From assembly GCA_964630055.1 (NCBI GenBank), contig CAZVRA010000001.1, forward strand, positions 27,569 through 91,568: DNA of 64,000 nt, read 5' to 3'. How positions within the stretch are numbered: the first letter of the stretch is position 1; every line of letters begins with the position of its first letter. The notes beneath the pieces were generated by a model. That model made no database searches. It saw only the letters and a program-made list of their open reading frames with translations, and was not told where the DNA came from. The DNA comes from an uncultured Candidatus Saccharibacteria bacterium. GTDB lineage: Bacteria > Patescibacteriota > Saccharimonadia > Saccharimonadales > CAZVRA01. The translations under genes were made by a program, and so were the position numbers. Of the stretch, positions 27,313 to 36,224 are shown one piece after another.

Positions 27313-28463
27313 GTTTTTGCCTCACTTTCTGATTTTGCGACTAACTTTATAAAGCTATTCCTAAAATTATCCGCCGAAAACGCGTTGGCGGCGGCCTGTA
27401 TAGATGCCTTGTTCCAACTCCCTTGATCAAATTGTTTCAACACATCGCATAGGGAATCGACTGTTTGCTGGTCAAAAAATAGGCCGGTCTGGTCGTCCAC
27501 AACATAGTCTAGTGCACCGCCACCGCGGTAAGCAATAACCGGCAGGCCGGCGGCCATAGCTTCGACCGGGGAAATGCCAAAATCTTCTTCGCCAGGAAAT
27601 ATAAAAGCTTTAGCCGAATAAGCTAGAGCAACAAGTTCGTCGTCCGAAGCTCGGCCAGCAAATTTTATAGTTGGACCGGCCAGTTTTTTGAGCCTAGGGG
27701 TATCTGGCCCGCTGCCGACAACTGTCAGGGGAAGTGCCAGGCGATTACACGCTTCTATGGCCAGGTCAAAACGTTTGTAGGGAACATGCCGTCCCCACAT
27801 TATAAAACCCCTATGGCTATCTTGACGTTGCTTAACATGTTTAGGATTGTGCGAAAACCTCGCAATATTTATTGGAGGGTGCAAAACCGTGCTGTCACAT
27901 CCGTAATATTTTTTTATTTGATTCTTAATATGTTTTGAATTGGCTATGAATAGATCAACTTTTTGGGCTGCTTTATGGTCGCTAAGACGTAGCGATCTTG
28001 CAAGAACATTTAGACCGATTCGCGCCAGCCAATGAGGACGAAAGCTTGGCTTATTGTGATATTCGTCGTACTTTTCCCACAAAAAATGCGGTGGCGAATG
28101 ACAGTACGAAATATGCTTAGCGAAGCAAGAGAACCTTTTGACATGCTTAGCTTCGCCATTGCCGGATGAGCTAATTATTAAGTCAAAAGCACGAAGATCC
28201 AGCCTGGCAAACCACCACTGCCGTAGTAGCGGCAAAAACTTTCGCAGACGTGCGAATGGCCACCATTGCAAGTAGCCGGTAACTACTTTGTCGCCGAGCC
28301 GCCACCGCCATTCTGCCGAACAATATGATGTATAAATGGGTGCATCTGGGTAAAGTTTGTGCAGTTGCTCGACAACCAGTTCTGCACCACCGCCATATAT
28401 CCAATCTGCGACTATGACAACTTTTTTGCTGTCATTATCTTGGCTCATTTTGTGGTGGCTCAT
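27309..28463 (-). CDS. GT4-family glycosyltransferase
   Basis: EEDFGISPVEAMAAGLPVIAYRGGGALDYV motif. It has 4-nt overlaps with both neighbours. Confidence 0.8.
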   Translation of the reverse strand: MSHHKMSQDNDSKKVVIVADWIYGGGAELVVEQLHKLYPDAPIYTSYCSAEWRWRLGDKVVTGYLQWWPFARLRKFLPLLRQWWFARLDLRAFDLIISSSGNGEAKHVKRFSCFAKHISYCHSPPHFLWEKYDEYHNKPSFRPHWLARIGLNVLARSLRLSDHKAAQKVDLFIANSKHIKNQIKKYYGCDSTVLHPPINIARFSHNPKHVKQRQDSHRGFIMWGRHVPYKRFDLAIEACNRLALPLTVVGSGPDTPRLKKLAGPTIKFAGRASDDELVALAYSAKAFIFPGEEDFGISPVEAMAAGLPVIAYRGGGALDYVVDDQTGLFFDQQTVDSLCDVLKQFDQGSWNKASIQAAANAFSADNFRNSFIKLVAKSESEAKT

Positions 28464-29881
28464 TTTGCGCCCAAGCCGGTCAAGACTACTCGCAAGGTTT
28501 TTATTAAAATCACAATATCACCCCAAAAACTCCAGTTTTGGACATAGTACATGTCTAGTTTGCGGCGCTCCTCAAAACTAATATCTTGGCGGCCAGATAC
28601 CTGTGCCAGCCCAGTTAAACCAGATTTAACGCTCAGTATGGTATGACGCTTTTCGTAAGTGCTCATTTCTTCCGGGATCAGGGCTCTTGGGCCCACTAAG
28701 CTGATGTCCCCTTTCAGGACATTAAAAAGCTGAGGTAATTCATCCAAAGAGCTGCGGCGTAAAAACCTGCCTAAAGCTGTGACTCGAGGGTCTTTTTCTA
28801 GGCTGTAGCCATTTTGCTTATACTTTTCGTATAATTGAGGTTTGCCGAGTTTTGCAAATGCCTCCTTGTCGGACAAGCCGCTTATGCTATTAAAGTGAGT
28901 CCGAAATTTGAACACCTTAAAGTGTTGATTGTAGCGAGTAATACGCTCCTGCCGGAAAAAAACCGGCAAACCGCCGCCGACAACAACTTCCAAAAAAGCA
29001 ATCAAGATCATGATTGGTAAAGAAATTATTATTAAAATAAAACTTACGAAAATGTCGAACAGGCGTTTGACAATTCTTCCCCAGCCAATTAAGGCAGTTT
29101 GATGAATAGCGATCATAGGTTGACCAGCAAATAGGTCGACATGAATTTTGCCAACAAACAAGTCGTTAGCAGTTGGCACAAAACGGTAACTAATGTGGTG
29201 TTTTTGGGCGAACTGAAGGATGTCGTTATTGCGTAATTGGTCGTTATAAAGTTTGGTTTGGATTATGCTGTGAATTGGTGCGGTTATTTTTTGTGTAGCT
29301 TCTTGCAAATTGCTGTAACATTTAAAAAAGTCGGAAGTTTTGGCTACTACGCCAACAATGCGTTGACCAGTGAAAGCAGTCTGATGCATAGCTATGCCAA
29401 TTTCATCTGTTAGCCTAGTATCGCCAATTAGCAGGACATTGCTGACTCCAATGCCAAAACTGTATAAAGCCCGGCGTAGCATTCGAGCAAAAATTCTAAA
29501 CAGCAATAAAAATCCAAAACCAAGCGCTAGACCATAGGCCGGCACCAACCTGGCGGGGAATATTTTGTCGTTAGAGACAAAGTCGTAGCCAATCATCACC
29601 AATATGCCCAGTGCAGAACCAAAGAATAGTCGGCCAAATTCTGTAAAGCGCCTTTCGTAAATATTTGCCGAGTACAGGCCAATCAGGGCATGGACACCAA
29701 TCCACAGCGGGAGCGTGCTAGCTAATATGCCAAAAAAGGTTCGGGCTGGAACAAATTGCAGCAAAGGCCGAGCATCTAGCTTGACGCGCAGTATATAGGC
29801 CACTGTAAAAGCTGCAAGCAGAGCCAAAAAATCCCCGATTATTAGCATGATGGCATAGAATACGGAGGCGTTGTTTTTCAT
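28460..29881 (-). CDS. Polyprenyl-phosphate sugar-phosphate transferase (WbaP/bacterial sugar transferase family; initiating PGT)
   Basis: N-terminal TM helices, then C-terminal RRSSLDELPQLFNVLKGDISLVGPRA and LTGLAQV motifs. Confidence 0.85.
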   Translation of the reverse strand: MKNNASVFYAIMLIIGDFLALLAAFTVAYILRVKLDARPLLQFVPARTFFGILASTLPLWIGVHALIGLYSANIYERRFTEFGRLFFGSALGILVMIGYDFVSNDKIFPARLVPAYGLALGFGFLLLFRIFARMLRRALYSFGIGVSNVLLIGDTRLTDEIGIAMHQTAFTGQRIVGVVAKTSDFFKCYSNLQEATQKITAPIHSIIQTKLYNDQLRNNDILQFAQKHHISYRFVPTANDLFVGKIHVDLFAGQPMIAIHQTALIGWGRIVKRLFDIFVSFILIIISLPIMILIAFLEVVVGGGLPVFFRQERITRYNQHFKVFKFRTHFNSISGLSDKEAFAKLGKPQLYEKYKQNGYSLEKDPRVTALGRFLRRSSLDELPQLFNVLKGDISLVGPRALIPEEMSTYEKRHTILSVKSGLTGLAQVSGRQDISFEERRKLDMYYVQNWSFWGDIVILIKTLRVVLTGLGAK

Positions 29882-29939
29882 GACTGTATTATAAGGCCAA
29901 TTGGGCTGTTTAGACTAGTCTGCGAAGAAAAAATGAATT

Positions 29940-30422
29940 TTAGGCAGGTGTTATAGGGGTGTGTTCGGATTTGTCGCCCTTAAAAATTACTAATTTGTAT
30001 ATGGTAAAGTTCCAGATTATAACTATTCCAATGGCCACAGCTTTGGCTATTAGTTCGGCCAGGGCCAAATGGCCGCGATATTGGCTAGCGGACACGCTGT
30101 GCGATACTATGGTTATAAAGTGAGTGCTAAACCACAGGACAATTAAGGCGTTGACCACGTATAGTACGGCGCTTTTGGCAAAGCTTGATTTTTTGGATGG
30201 GTTGTTTTTGTGCCGTTCGAAAACCCAAAAATGATTGAGTAAAAAGCTGGTCGTGGCTGCCAACACAAACGAGCAAACGTTAGATACCGCAATAGAACGG
30301 TGCACCAGATTTCGGGCAATAAAGAACGTCATCGTATCTATTACAAAAGCAGTTACGCCAGCAATGAAGTACTTAAAAAAGTGCTTATTTTTGATTAGCC
30401 TTTGGATTTGTTTTATTACCAT
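29940..30422 (-). CDS. GtrA-family small membrane protein (putative lipid-linked sugar flippase)
   Basis: Four TM helices with FFKYFIAGVTAFVIDTMTFF...HFWVF, typical of GtrA. Start chosen at MVIKQIQ (30422) to avoid overlapping the LCP gene. Confidence 0.7.
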   Translation of the reverse strand: MVIKQIQRLIKNKHFFKYFIAGVTAFVIDTMTFFIARNLVHRSIAVSNVCSFVLAATTSFLLNHFWVFERHKNNPSKKSSFAKSAVLYVVNALIVLWFSTHFITIVSHSVSASQYRGHLALAELIAKAVAIGIVIIWNFTIYKLVIFKGDKSEHTPITPA

Positions 30423-30447
30423 GTGTTGCCATTTACTACCATATTTA

Positions 30448-32313
30448 CTACCATGTTGGGCCACTTGGTGTGCTAAAGTCACTGCCCAACACTATTATGA
30501 ATTGTGCGTCAGTAGCGTTTGAGTTGTTGCTGGAGCTGCTCGATGAGGTACCACCACTGCTCCCCGCTCCAGCCGAACCCGAGTTGCTACTGGCGTCTGG
30601 TAATGCCCCGTCGGGCACAGTGTTAGAAATAGATGTTTTAAAACGAAGGCTCAAGAAGCGCTCGGTAAACGGTTTTGCTTCGCTGGTTTTTTTGACAACA
30701 GTTGTGGTGGTTTGTTTGGATTTGCTTGTTTCTTTGACCACAACTTTGTATCCGTAACTCGAAAGTACATCGGCCACGGTTAGAGCCATGCCGGCTCGAC
30801 CAGTGCCATTATAAACAGCTACTGTTGGGGCTTCTTTTCGTAGCCAAGGATCCATCATATTGGTGCGAGCGTATGCACGGATTTTGCTAAAGTTGCCCGC
30901 TCCAGCCGAAGGAAGTACTACGGATTGGTTACCTATCATGCCGGTTGCCACCAAAGGACCGTCTGGTTTTGCGAGATCTAATGATTGGATTTTGTCATCG
31001 GCCATATTTTTGGTGCGTTCATAAAGTGATTTGGCTTCATCTACCGATAAATCGGTTCGGATATTTTTTTGTATGGCATTGGCCAGATTATTGAGCTTAA
31101 CCGGGTTGGCGATAATGCCAGTAGAGGTGGCTTTTTGACGGATAGCCACTAATAACTGGCGTTGATGTTCGTTGCGATCAAAATCGCCTCGTTGGCTGCC
31201 GTGTCGTGATCGGGCGTATTGCAGGGCGCGGAGCCCGTCCATGTGCTGCATGCCAGATTTAAATTTCCAGCCTGTAAAGGTATCGTTAATTGCGCCTGGT
31301 ACGTTGATGTCTACGCCGCCCACAGCATTAACGGTGTCTCTAAAAGCCGCGTAATCAGTTAGTAAGTATTTATGTATTGGCACGCCAGCTACGTTTCTGA
31401 CTGCCGAGATTGTTTGGCGAACTGCTTCGTCGCTGGCTTCGTCGGCTTTTTTGCCTTTGGATATGTTGTTTTCTTTAACTATGCTATATACGGCATTTAT
31501 TTTCATGGATGAGCCCGATACATTTACCCAAGTGTCGCGGGGTATGCTAAGTAGCGATGTATTTTGGTTTTCTAGGTCAATACTGGCAATCATCATAGTG
31601 TCGGTTAGGTCTGGTGCTTCGTTTTCGTTGCCGCCCCGTCCCATGAGTAGAATGTTTAGTCGGCCATCCCCCTCGGTGTTAAGGTGCTCTGGTTTAACCT
31701 TTTCGTTCAAAGCAGCCGACGAGGAGTTGCCGACGCCTTTAGAGAAAACGGAGTTCAAAAAGTTATAAAGACGAATCCCAAAAGCCGCACCCGAGGCAAG
31801 CAGAATAACTAATATAATGGCCGCAATTTTAAAACGCAAGGAACGACGGCTCCAAAAATTGCGCAGGCGGTGTTTGCGTGGCTTTTTGATCTTTTTGGTT
31901 TTTTCTTTAGTGTCGGATTCGTTATCCAATTTAATTTTGTCGTCATTCTTGGTGCTTAGCGGCTGCCCAAGCGAACTTTGTTTACCAAAAGCTCCAACTT
32001 GACGTCTGCTGGGAGCGGCAGCAACGCTGCCTGAACTTGTGGTGGATTTAGTACTATTGAGGTTGCCTTGTTGATCGGTGCCGACCCTTGCTGTATCAGA
32101 CGGCGAGTCTAATGATTTGGTGAGCCTAGAGTCGCCAATTACGCGGGGTTCGTTTAATATGCGACTGCCAGCCACGGTCTGGTTCATTGCGTTGTTGCCT
32201 CGGTAATAAATAGGCCGAGTAAGTGGACGGTTGCCACTATTTACAAAACCATCGATTGAACTACCGGCGCCTCCTTTTGAGGCTTTTTTTTTGTAACTTT
32301 TGAATGTTGGCAT
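30448..32313 (-). CDS. LytR-CpsA-Psr (LCP) family glycopolymer-peptidoglycan ligase with LytR_C-like domain and Ser-rich tail
   Basis: NILLMGRGG...DLTDTMMIASIDLENQNTSLLSIPRDTWV...ALQYARSRHG. A basic/Ser-rich N-terminus, one TM helix and a C-terminal GSAGAGSSGGTSSSSSSNNS tract. Start chosen at MPTFKSY (32313). Confidence 0.85.
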   Translation of the reverse strand: MPTFKSYKKKASKGGAGSSIDGFVNSGNRPLTRPIYYRGNNAMNQTVAGSRILNEPRVIGDSRLTKSLDSPSDTARVGTDQQGNLNSTKSTTSSGSVAAAPSRRQVGAFGKQSSLGQPLSTKNDDKIKLDNESDTKEKTKKIKKPRKHRLRNFWSRRSLRFKIAAIILVILLASGAAFGIRLYNFLNSVFSKGVGNSSSAALNEKVKPEHLNTEGDGRLNILLMGRGGNENEAPDLTDTMMIASIDLENQNTSLLSIPRDTWVNVSGSSMKINAVYSIVKENNISKGKKADEASDEAVRQTISAVRNVAGVPIHKYLLTDYAAFRDTVNAVGGVDINVPGAINDTFTGWKFKSGMQHMDGLRALQYARSRHGSQRGDFDRNEHQRQLLVAIRQKATSTGIIANPVKLNNLANAIQKNIRTDLSVDEAKSLYERTKNMADDKIQSLDLAKPDGPLVATGMIGNQSVVLPSAGAGNFSKIRAYARTNMMDPWLRKEAPTVAVYNGTGRAGMALTVADVLSSYGYKVVVKETSKSKQTTTTVVKKTSEAKPFTERFLSLRFKTSISNTVPDGALPDASSNSGSAGAGSSGGTSSSSSSNNSNATDAQFIIVLGSDFSTPSGPTW

Positions 32314-32322
32314 ATGCGGGCA

Positions 32323-32331
32323 ATTATAGCA
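32323..32331 (-). promoter_or_regulatory. Extended -10 box (TGcTATAAT), 9 nt upstream of ATG 32313; leaderless-type
   Basis: The minus strand reads taTGcTATAAT-tgcccgcat-ATG. Confidence 0.45.
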
Positions 32332-32434
32332 TAAGCCAGTCTTCAAAATCATTTTTCTTAAATTCTAAATGCTAAGAATCTTTTGAGCTATACTAGAAGC
32401 AATACCATTTTAATACCAGGACCTTTTAGACCTT

Positions 32435-32956
32435 ATGACCAGACATAAAAAACAGCGGTCACTGTACAAGCAAGCTATCGAATACACGATTAGCGGTGGG
32501 GCCTATTTTTGGTCTGGCTACTTGTGTTTTTTGTTGCTAGACAAGGGTCTTGGAGCCAGTTTTTTTTGGGCCAAGGCTCTGTCGACTCTTTTGGGCTGGA
32601 CAGTCAATTTTCTGTTGCAACGCTACTGGGTTTTTCATCACCCCGGTCTGGATAAGCAGGAAACAGAAGTCACCAAACGCTATATGGCTATCACGCTAGT
32701 AGACTTTGCACTCGACTACGCCATAGTTTGGGGCCTTAAACAGGCAGGAGTTACGCCATATATCGGCCAGTTTGTAAGCTCGGCCTTTTTTACAGTCTGG
32801 AATTATTTGTGGTACCGATTTTGGGTTTTCCCCAGCAAAGTCGCCCGACGCCCCAGAGTTACGCCTGCTCGAGTTGTAGCTCATCGGGCATATGGCCCTG
32901 GTGCCTTTCCCGAGCGCAAGCCAAGAAAAAGTAATAGGAGCAGAAGGGTCAAATGA
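32435..32956 (+). CDS. GtrA-family membrane protein
   Basis: Four TM helices, QRYWVFHH and WNYLWYRFWVF motifs, and a basic C-terminal tail. Confidence 0.75.
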   Translation: MTRHKKQRSLYKQAIEYTISGGAYFWSGYLCFLLLDKGLGASFFWAKALSTLLGWTVNFLLQRYWVFHHPGLDKQETEVTKRYMAITLVDFALDYAIVWGLKQAGVTPYIGQFVSSAFFTVWNYLWYRFWVFPSKVARRPRVTPARVVAHRAYGPGAFPERKPRKSNRSRRVK

Positions 32957-33426
32957 GCGACTCAGATACTATTCGTCCAACCAAAAAACAGCGCGATATT
33001 TTGTTGTTTGTAGAGTCATTTATTGTTGAGCATGGCTACAGCCCTAGTTATAGAGAAATAATGAAGGGGCTAAGGTATACCTCCGTGGCTACCGTTTCGT
33101 TACATGTCAACAGCTTGATTGACCGCGGCCATTTAATTAAGCGCGGCAATTCTGCTCGTTCGTTGGAGGTTGCCAAGACTTCTGCTGAAACCAAAAAAAT
33201 TACCACCAATCAAATTTCTGCCAGCCAAGAAAAATGGCTGATCAAGCAGGTCGATTACCACTTTGCTCAGATCGAGCAAGAAAAACGCCCCAGTTCGCAG
33301 TCGCTGGACAGTCTATTTGTGCTGGTCGGCGCCCTAAAAGTACTGGGGCTAGACGGCGCAGTGCAGTCTTTTATACCCAGGATTAGCGCCCTAAAACAAA
33401 AAACTATCAACCCGGCGGACAAATAG
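32953..33426 (+). CDS. LexA-N-terminal-type winged-helix DNA-binding protein lacking the S24 peptidase domain
   Basis: KKQRDILLFVESFIVEHGYSPSYREIMKGLRYTSVATVSLHVNSLIDRGHLIKRGNSARSLEV resembles the LexA DNA-binding domain. The C-terminal ~80 aa have no Ser/Lys peptidase motifs. It has an ATGA overlap with gtrA. Confidence 0.6.
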   Translation: MSDSDTIRPTKKQRDILLFVESFIVEHGYSPSYREIMKGLRYTSVATVSLHVNSLIDRGHLIKRGNSARSLEVAKTSAETKKITTNQISASQEKWLIKQVDYHFAQIEQEKRPSSQSLDSLFVLVGALKVLGLDGAVQSFIPRISALKQKTINPADK

Positions 33427-33500
33427 CAGTAGAGAGGTTAGCGGCTTGCTTTGATATTTTGGCTATTATTTTGGCTATATGCTGCACCCAAAATTAGGCG

Positions 33501-33506
33501 TACAAT
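33501..33506 (+). promoter_or_regulatory. -10 box TACAAT, 7 nt upstream of ATG 33514 (uppP); leaderless-type
   Basis: Reads ggcgTACAAT-atgagca-ATG. Confidence 0.35.
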
Positions 33507-33513
33507 ATGAGCA

Positions 33514-34353
33514 ATGGCTATACTGCAAGCAATATTTTTGGGCATCATCGAGGGACTAACCGAATTCCTGCCAGTCAGCAGCACCGGGCATCTTATTGTG
33601 GCCGAAAAACTGATTGGTTACCATGATGTTGCCGAGCTTTTTACGGTGGTAATCCAGGTGGGCGCCCTGGCGGCCGTAATTTGGTTTTACCGGCACGATC
33701 TGCTTGGCAAGGTGAACGGTCTTTTTGGCCGCCACAAGCAGGCAGTTAATTTTTGGCGCAACTGGATTGTGGCAACAATTCCGGCAGCCGCTGTCGGGAT
33801 GTTGGTTAACAAGCACATGGATGCGTTGGCGACAGTCAGGGTGGTAGCTTGGGCGCTGATAATTGGTGGTGTAATTATTTGGCTGATCGAAACTTACCAT
33901 AAAACCGTTGGTGCTAGTCAAGGTGGATCTACTAAGTCTACGCAAGGCTTGAACAGCAAGCCGCAGGCTAAACTTAACGAGTTAAGTATTCGCCAGGCAA
34001 TACAAGTTGGGATGTATCAAGTGTTGGCGCTGATTCCCGGTGTCTCGCGCTCGGGGGCCACAATTATGGGTGGTCTGCTCAGCGGCTTAGACCGCGTAAC
34101 GGCCACAGCTTTTTCTTTTTATTTAAGCCTGCCAATTTTGTTTTTGGCCAGCGCCTACAAGCTTTATAAAGGTCGGACCGACATTCCGCACATAACTGGC
34201 GGTGGACCGGCAATAATCGTTGGTACTCTGGCGGCCTTTGTGGCGGCCTTTTTGGTGGTCGGCTGGCTGCTACGCTATGTCTCGCACCATAACTTTAAGC
34301 CTTTTGCCTACTACCGCATTCTTCTGGGCATCGTTCTGCTGCTTTTTCTTTGA
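33514..34353 (+). CDS. uppP: Undecaprenyl-diphosphate phosphatase
   Basis: LQAIFLGIIEGLTEFLPVSSTGHL and PGVSRSGATI, the BacA/UppP signatures. Confidence 0.9.
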   Translation: MAILQAIFLGIIEGLTEFLPVSSTGHLIVAEKLIGYHDVAELFTVVIQVGALAAVIWFYRHDLLGKVNGLFGRHKQAVNFWRNWIVATIPAAAVGMLVNKHMDALATVRVVAWALIIGGVIIWLIETYHKTVGASQGGSTKSTQGLNSKPQAKLNELSIRQAIQVGMYQVLALIPGVSRSGATIMGGLLSGLDRVTATAFSFYLSLPILFLASAYKLYKGRTDIPHITGGGPAIIVGTLAAFVAAFLVVGWLLRYVSHHNFKPFAYYRILLGIVLLLFL

Positions 34354-34361
34354 GGGTAAGT

Positions 34362-35090
34362 ATGCACAAGGACAATAACAAATATTATGACCTTTTATCC
34401 ACGCAGGGTTATTTTGTGGCAAAAAACATTTTAGACGAGGATACGACTAAACGATTGAGTGAGCTATTCGATGAACAATATTTAAATGATATACCACAAC
34501 ATAATTTTTCTAAATCGGGGGCTTTGTGTGGATTGGATCTTAACGACAAGATAATAAGAAACTTGCTCTCCTGGCAGCCTACTATTAATTTAATAAAATC
34601 TATGGGTTTCTCTGATATAAAGCTTCATAGCTTTTATCTAACCGTAAAGCATCCTGGGGCAAAAGCTCTAAGCTGGCACAATGATACCTACTATAAAAGT
34701 AATTCTCATGAACCGCACGAGTTATTTGTAATATATTATCTTGATGAAACCAATAAGGATAATGGCTGCCTTCGTGTGCGGCCACGTAGTTTTGATGATT
34801 CAAAGAATACCAAGCGAGAGCCAAAAGATATACCCATAAAAGTTGGCGATGTTTTTATTGGCGATAGACGCATTGAGCATTCTACAAGACCTAACATTAC
34901 TAAACAATTCAGACGCGCTGTAACGATATCATACGCATTAAATTACTTTTGTTTGCCAGCTTCAATAAAAGAACTTGTTGTGAAGAATCGATGCGTTAAA
35001 GATTTGGCTCTATTGAGAAAAAAAGATATTGAGTCGCAGTTGAAAGAGTTACAAATAATGTTATTATACACTAATAATGGCAAATCCTAG
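34362..35090 (+). CDS. Phytanoyl-CoA dioxygenase (PhyH)-family Fe(II)/2-oxoglutarate oxygenase
   Basis: WHNDTYY (HxD) and a distal RRIEHS His. SD GAGGG lies 5 nt before ATG 34362. The track start at 34350 is a TTG overlapping the uppP stop. Confidence 0.6.
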   Translation: MHKDNNKYYDLLSTQGYFVAKNILDEDTTKRLSELFDEQYLNDIPQHNFSKSGALCGLDLNDKIIRNLLSWQPTINLIKSMGFSDIKLHSFYLTVKHPGAKALSWHNDTYYKSNSHEPHELFVIYYLDETNKDNGCLRVRPRSFDDSKNTKREPKDIPIKVGDVFIGDRRIEHSTRPNITKQFRRAVTISYALNYFCLPASIKELVVKNRCVKDLALLRKKDIESQLKELQIMLLYTNNGKS

Positions 35091-35985
35091 AAGTTATACA
35101 GAAGTAGGTCAATATTATGATCAGCAAGTAAACTATGCAAGAGCCGTTGGCGCCGGTTTAGTATGGTTTATGGCGCAGGACCACCTAAGCCCTTCTTTGT
35201 CTAACGAAGATATGTATGCCCTCGACAGCACTAAGTGGCGAGAGTCTATTTCCAGTAGAGTGATTTCCATGGCACGGGAGGCGGATATTAAAGAAGGTGA
35301 TACAGTACTTGACCTTGGGTGTGGTATTGGCGGTGCTGGTCGAGATATAACTCAGCAGCTAGGCGCTAATGTTGTAGGACTGAGTATAAGTTTCGAGCAA
35401 TTAAGAAACTGTTTGATTCTTCCGAAAATTAATCATTCAAAGTTCAGGTCATTGGTTAAATCTGATATGGCTGTTTTGCCGTTTAAAGATTCTGTTTTTG
35501 ATAAAGTTTATGCTGTAAATTCTATTTATCATGTAAACAAGCCAGAAGAAGTTGCAAAAGAAGCGTTTAGGGTTTTACAGCCTGGAGGCTATTATGCTAT
35601 TGATGATTGGTTCTTAGAAAGCTCCGCTACATTGCAGCAAGTAGAAACTCTGCGGCATAATTGGAGTACTGGAAATAATGGATTTCATAATTTTTCAAAT
35701 TTTATTATTAATCTTTATGAGGCTGGTTTTGATAATCTGAAAGTTATAGATTATACGCAGTCTGCAGGTGAATTTCTTTGTGATAGCAGATTTGGTAACA
35801 CGTATGATGAACAGGTTGCTCCAAAAATAATCGAAGCTTTTCCATTGCTATACGAGTATGATGGATACAAAGACGAGCACGCGCATAAAGCAGTAACACA
35901 ACTGAGAGATAACGTTTTGTTTATGGGAGAACTTTACAGAAACGGTGCTGCTTCCTATAAGCAAATAATAGCTTTCAAATCTTAA
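35077..35985 (+). CDS. Class I SAM-dependent methyltransferase (type 11-like)
   Basis: VLDLGCGIGGAG (motif I) and FDKVYAVNSIYHV...LQPGGYYAIDDW. It overlaps the dioxygenase gene by 14 nt. Confidence 0.75.
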   Translation: MANPRSYTEVGQYYDQQVNYARAVGAGLVWFMAQDHLSPSLSNEDMYALDSTKWRESISSRVISMAREADIKEGDTVLDLGCGIGGAGRDITQQLGANVVGLSISFEQLRNCLILPKINHSKFRSLVKSDMAVLPFKDSVFDKVYAVNSIYHVNKPEEVAKEAFRVLQPGGYYAIDDWFLESSATLQQVETLRHNWSTGNNGFHNFSNFIINLYEAGFDNLKVIDYTQSAGEFLCDSRFGNTYDEQVAPKIIEAFPLLYEYDGYKDEHAHKAVTQLRDNVLFMGELYRNGAASYKQIIAFKS

Positions 35986-36024
35986 GTCAATGTAGCAAAA
36001 AATACTATATCTGGGGAGACCTGG

Positions 36025-36150
36025 TTATGCTATGATGTTGGTACTTAACAATAGTAAAGCTGGAAGCAGGGTGTAAGTCCCTCACTGTGCCGCAACGGTA
36101 ATTGGAAAATTTTGCAGGCCGCAAAATGCCATAAGTCCGATACAGCGTAA
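36025..36150 (+). promoter_or_regulatory. Candidate cobalamin (B12) riboswitch aptamer, short form without a large peripheral extension
   Basis: The core at 36062-36101, GGAAGCAGGGUGUAAGUCCCUCACUGUGCCGCAACGGUAA, parallels E. coli btuB GGGAAUCCAGUGCGAAUCUGGAGCUGACGCGCAGCGGUAAGG. Hairpins are compensatory: AGGG/CCCU against CCAG/CUGG, and CCG-CAA-CGG against CGC-GCA-GCG. The 3' AAGUCCGAUACAGCG resembles AAGCCCGAAGACCUGCC. P1 is UUAUGCU (36025-31) paired with AGCGUAA (36144-50). Confidence 0.65.
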
Positions 36151-36199
36151 GTCTCTCGAGCATGAGCATTTTTATGTAGGTAAATACATAATTTTATTG

Positions 36200-36224
36200 C
36201 CCTCTCGAGCAGAGAGGGTTTTTT
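36200..36224 (+). terminator. Intrinsic terminator that also sequesters the SD of the downstream ORF (riboswitch expression platform)
   Basis: CCCTCTC-gagca-GAGAGGG followed by TTTTTT and then directly ATG 36225. The 3' arm GAGAGGG is the only SD-like element for that ATG. Confidence 0.6.

Noticed and set aside
32284-32292. Homopolymer tracts as phase-variation switches. Examples are A9 (read on the coding strand) in codons 8-10 of the LCP gene, A8 at 8593-8600 and A8 near 18163.
   Set aside because: Tracts of 8-9 nt encoding Lys or Phe runs are expected in an AT-rich genome. Without population or read-level length variation there is no evidence of slipped-strand regulation.
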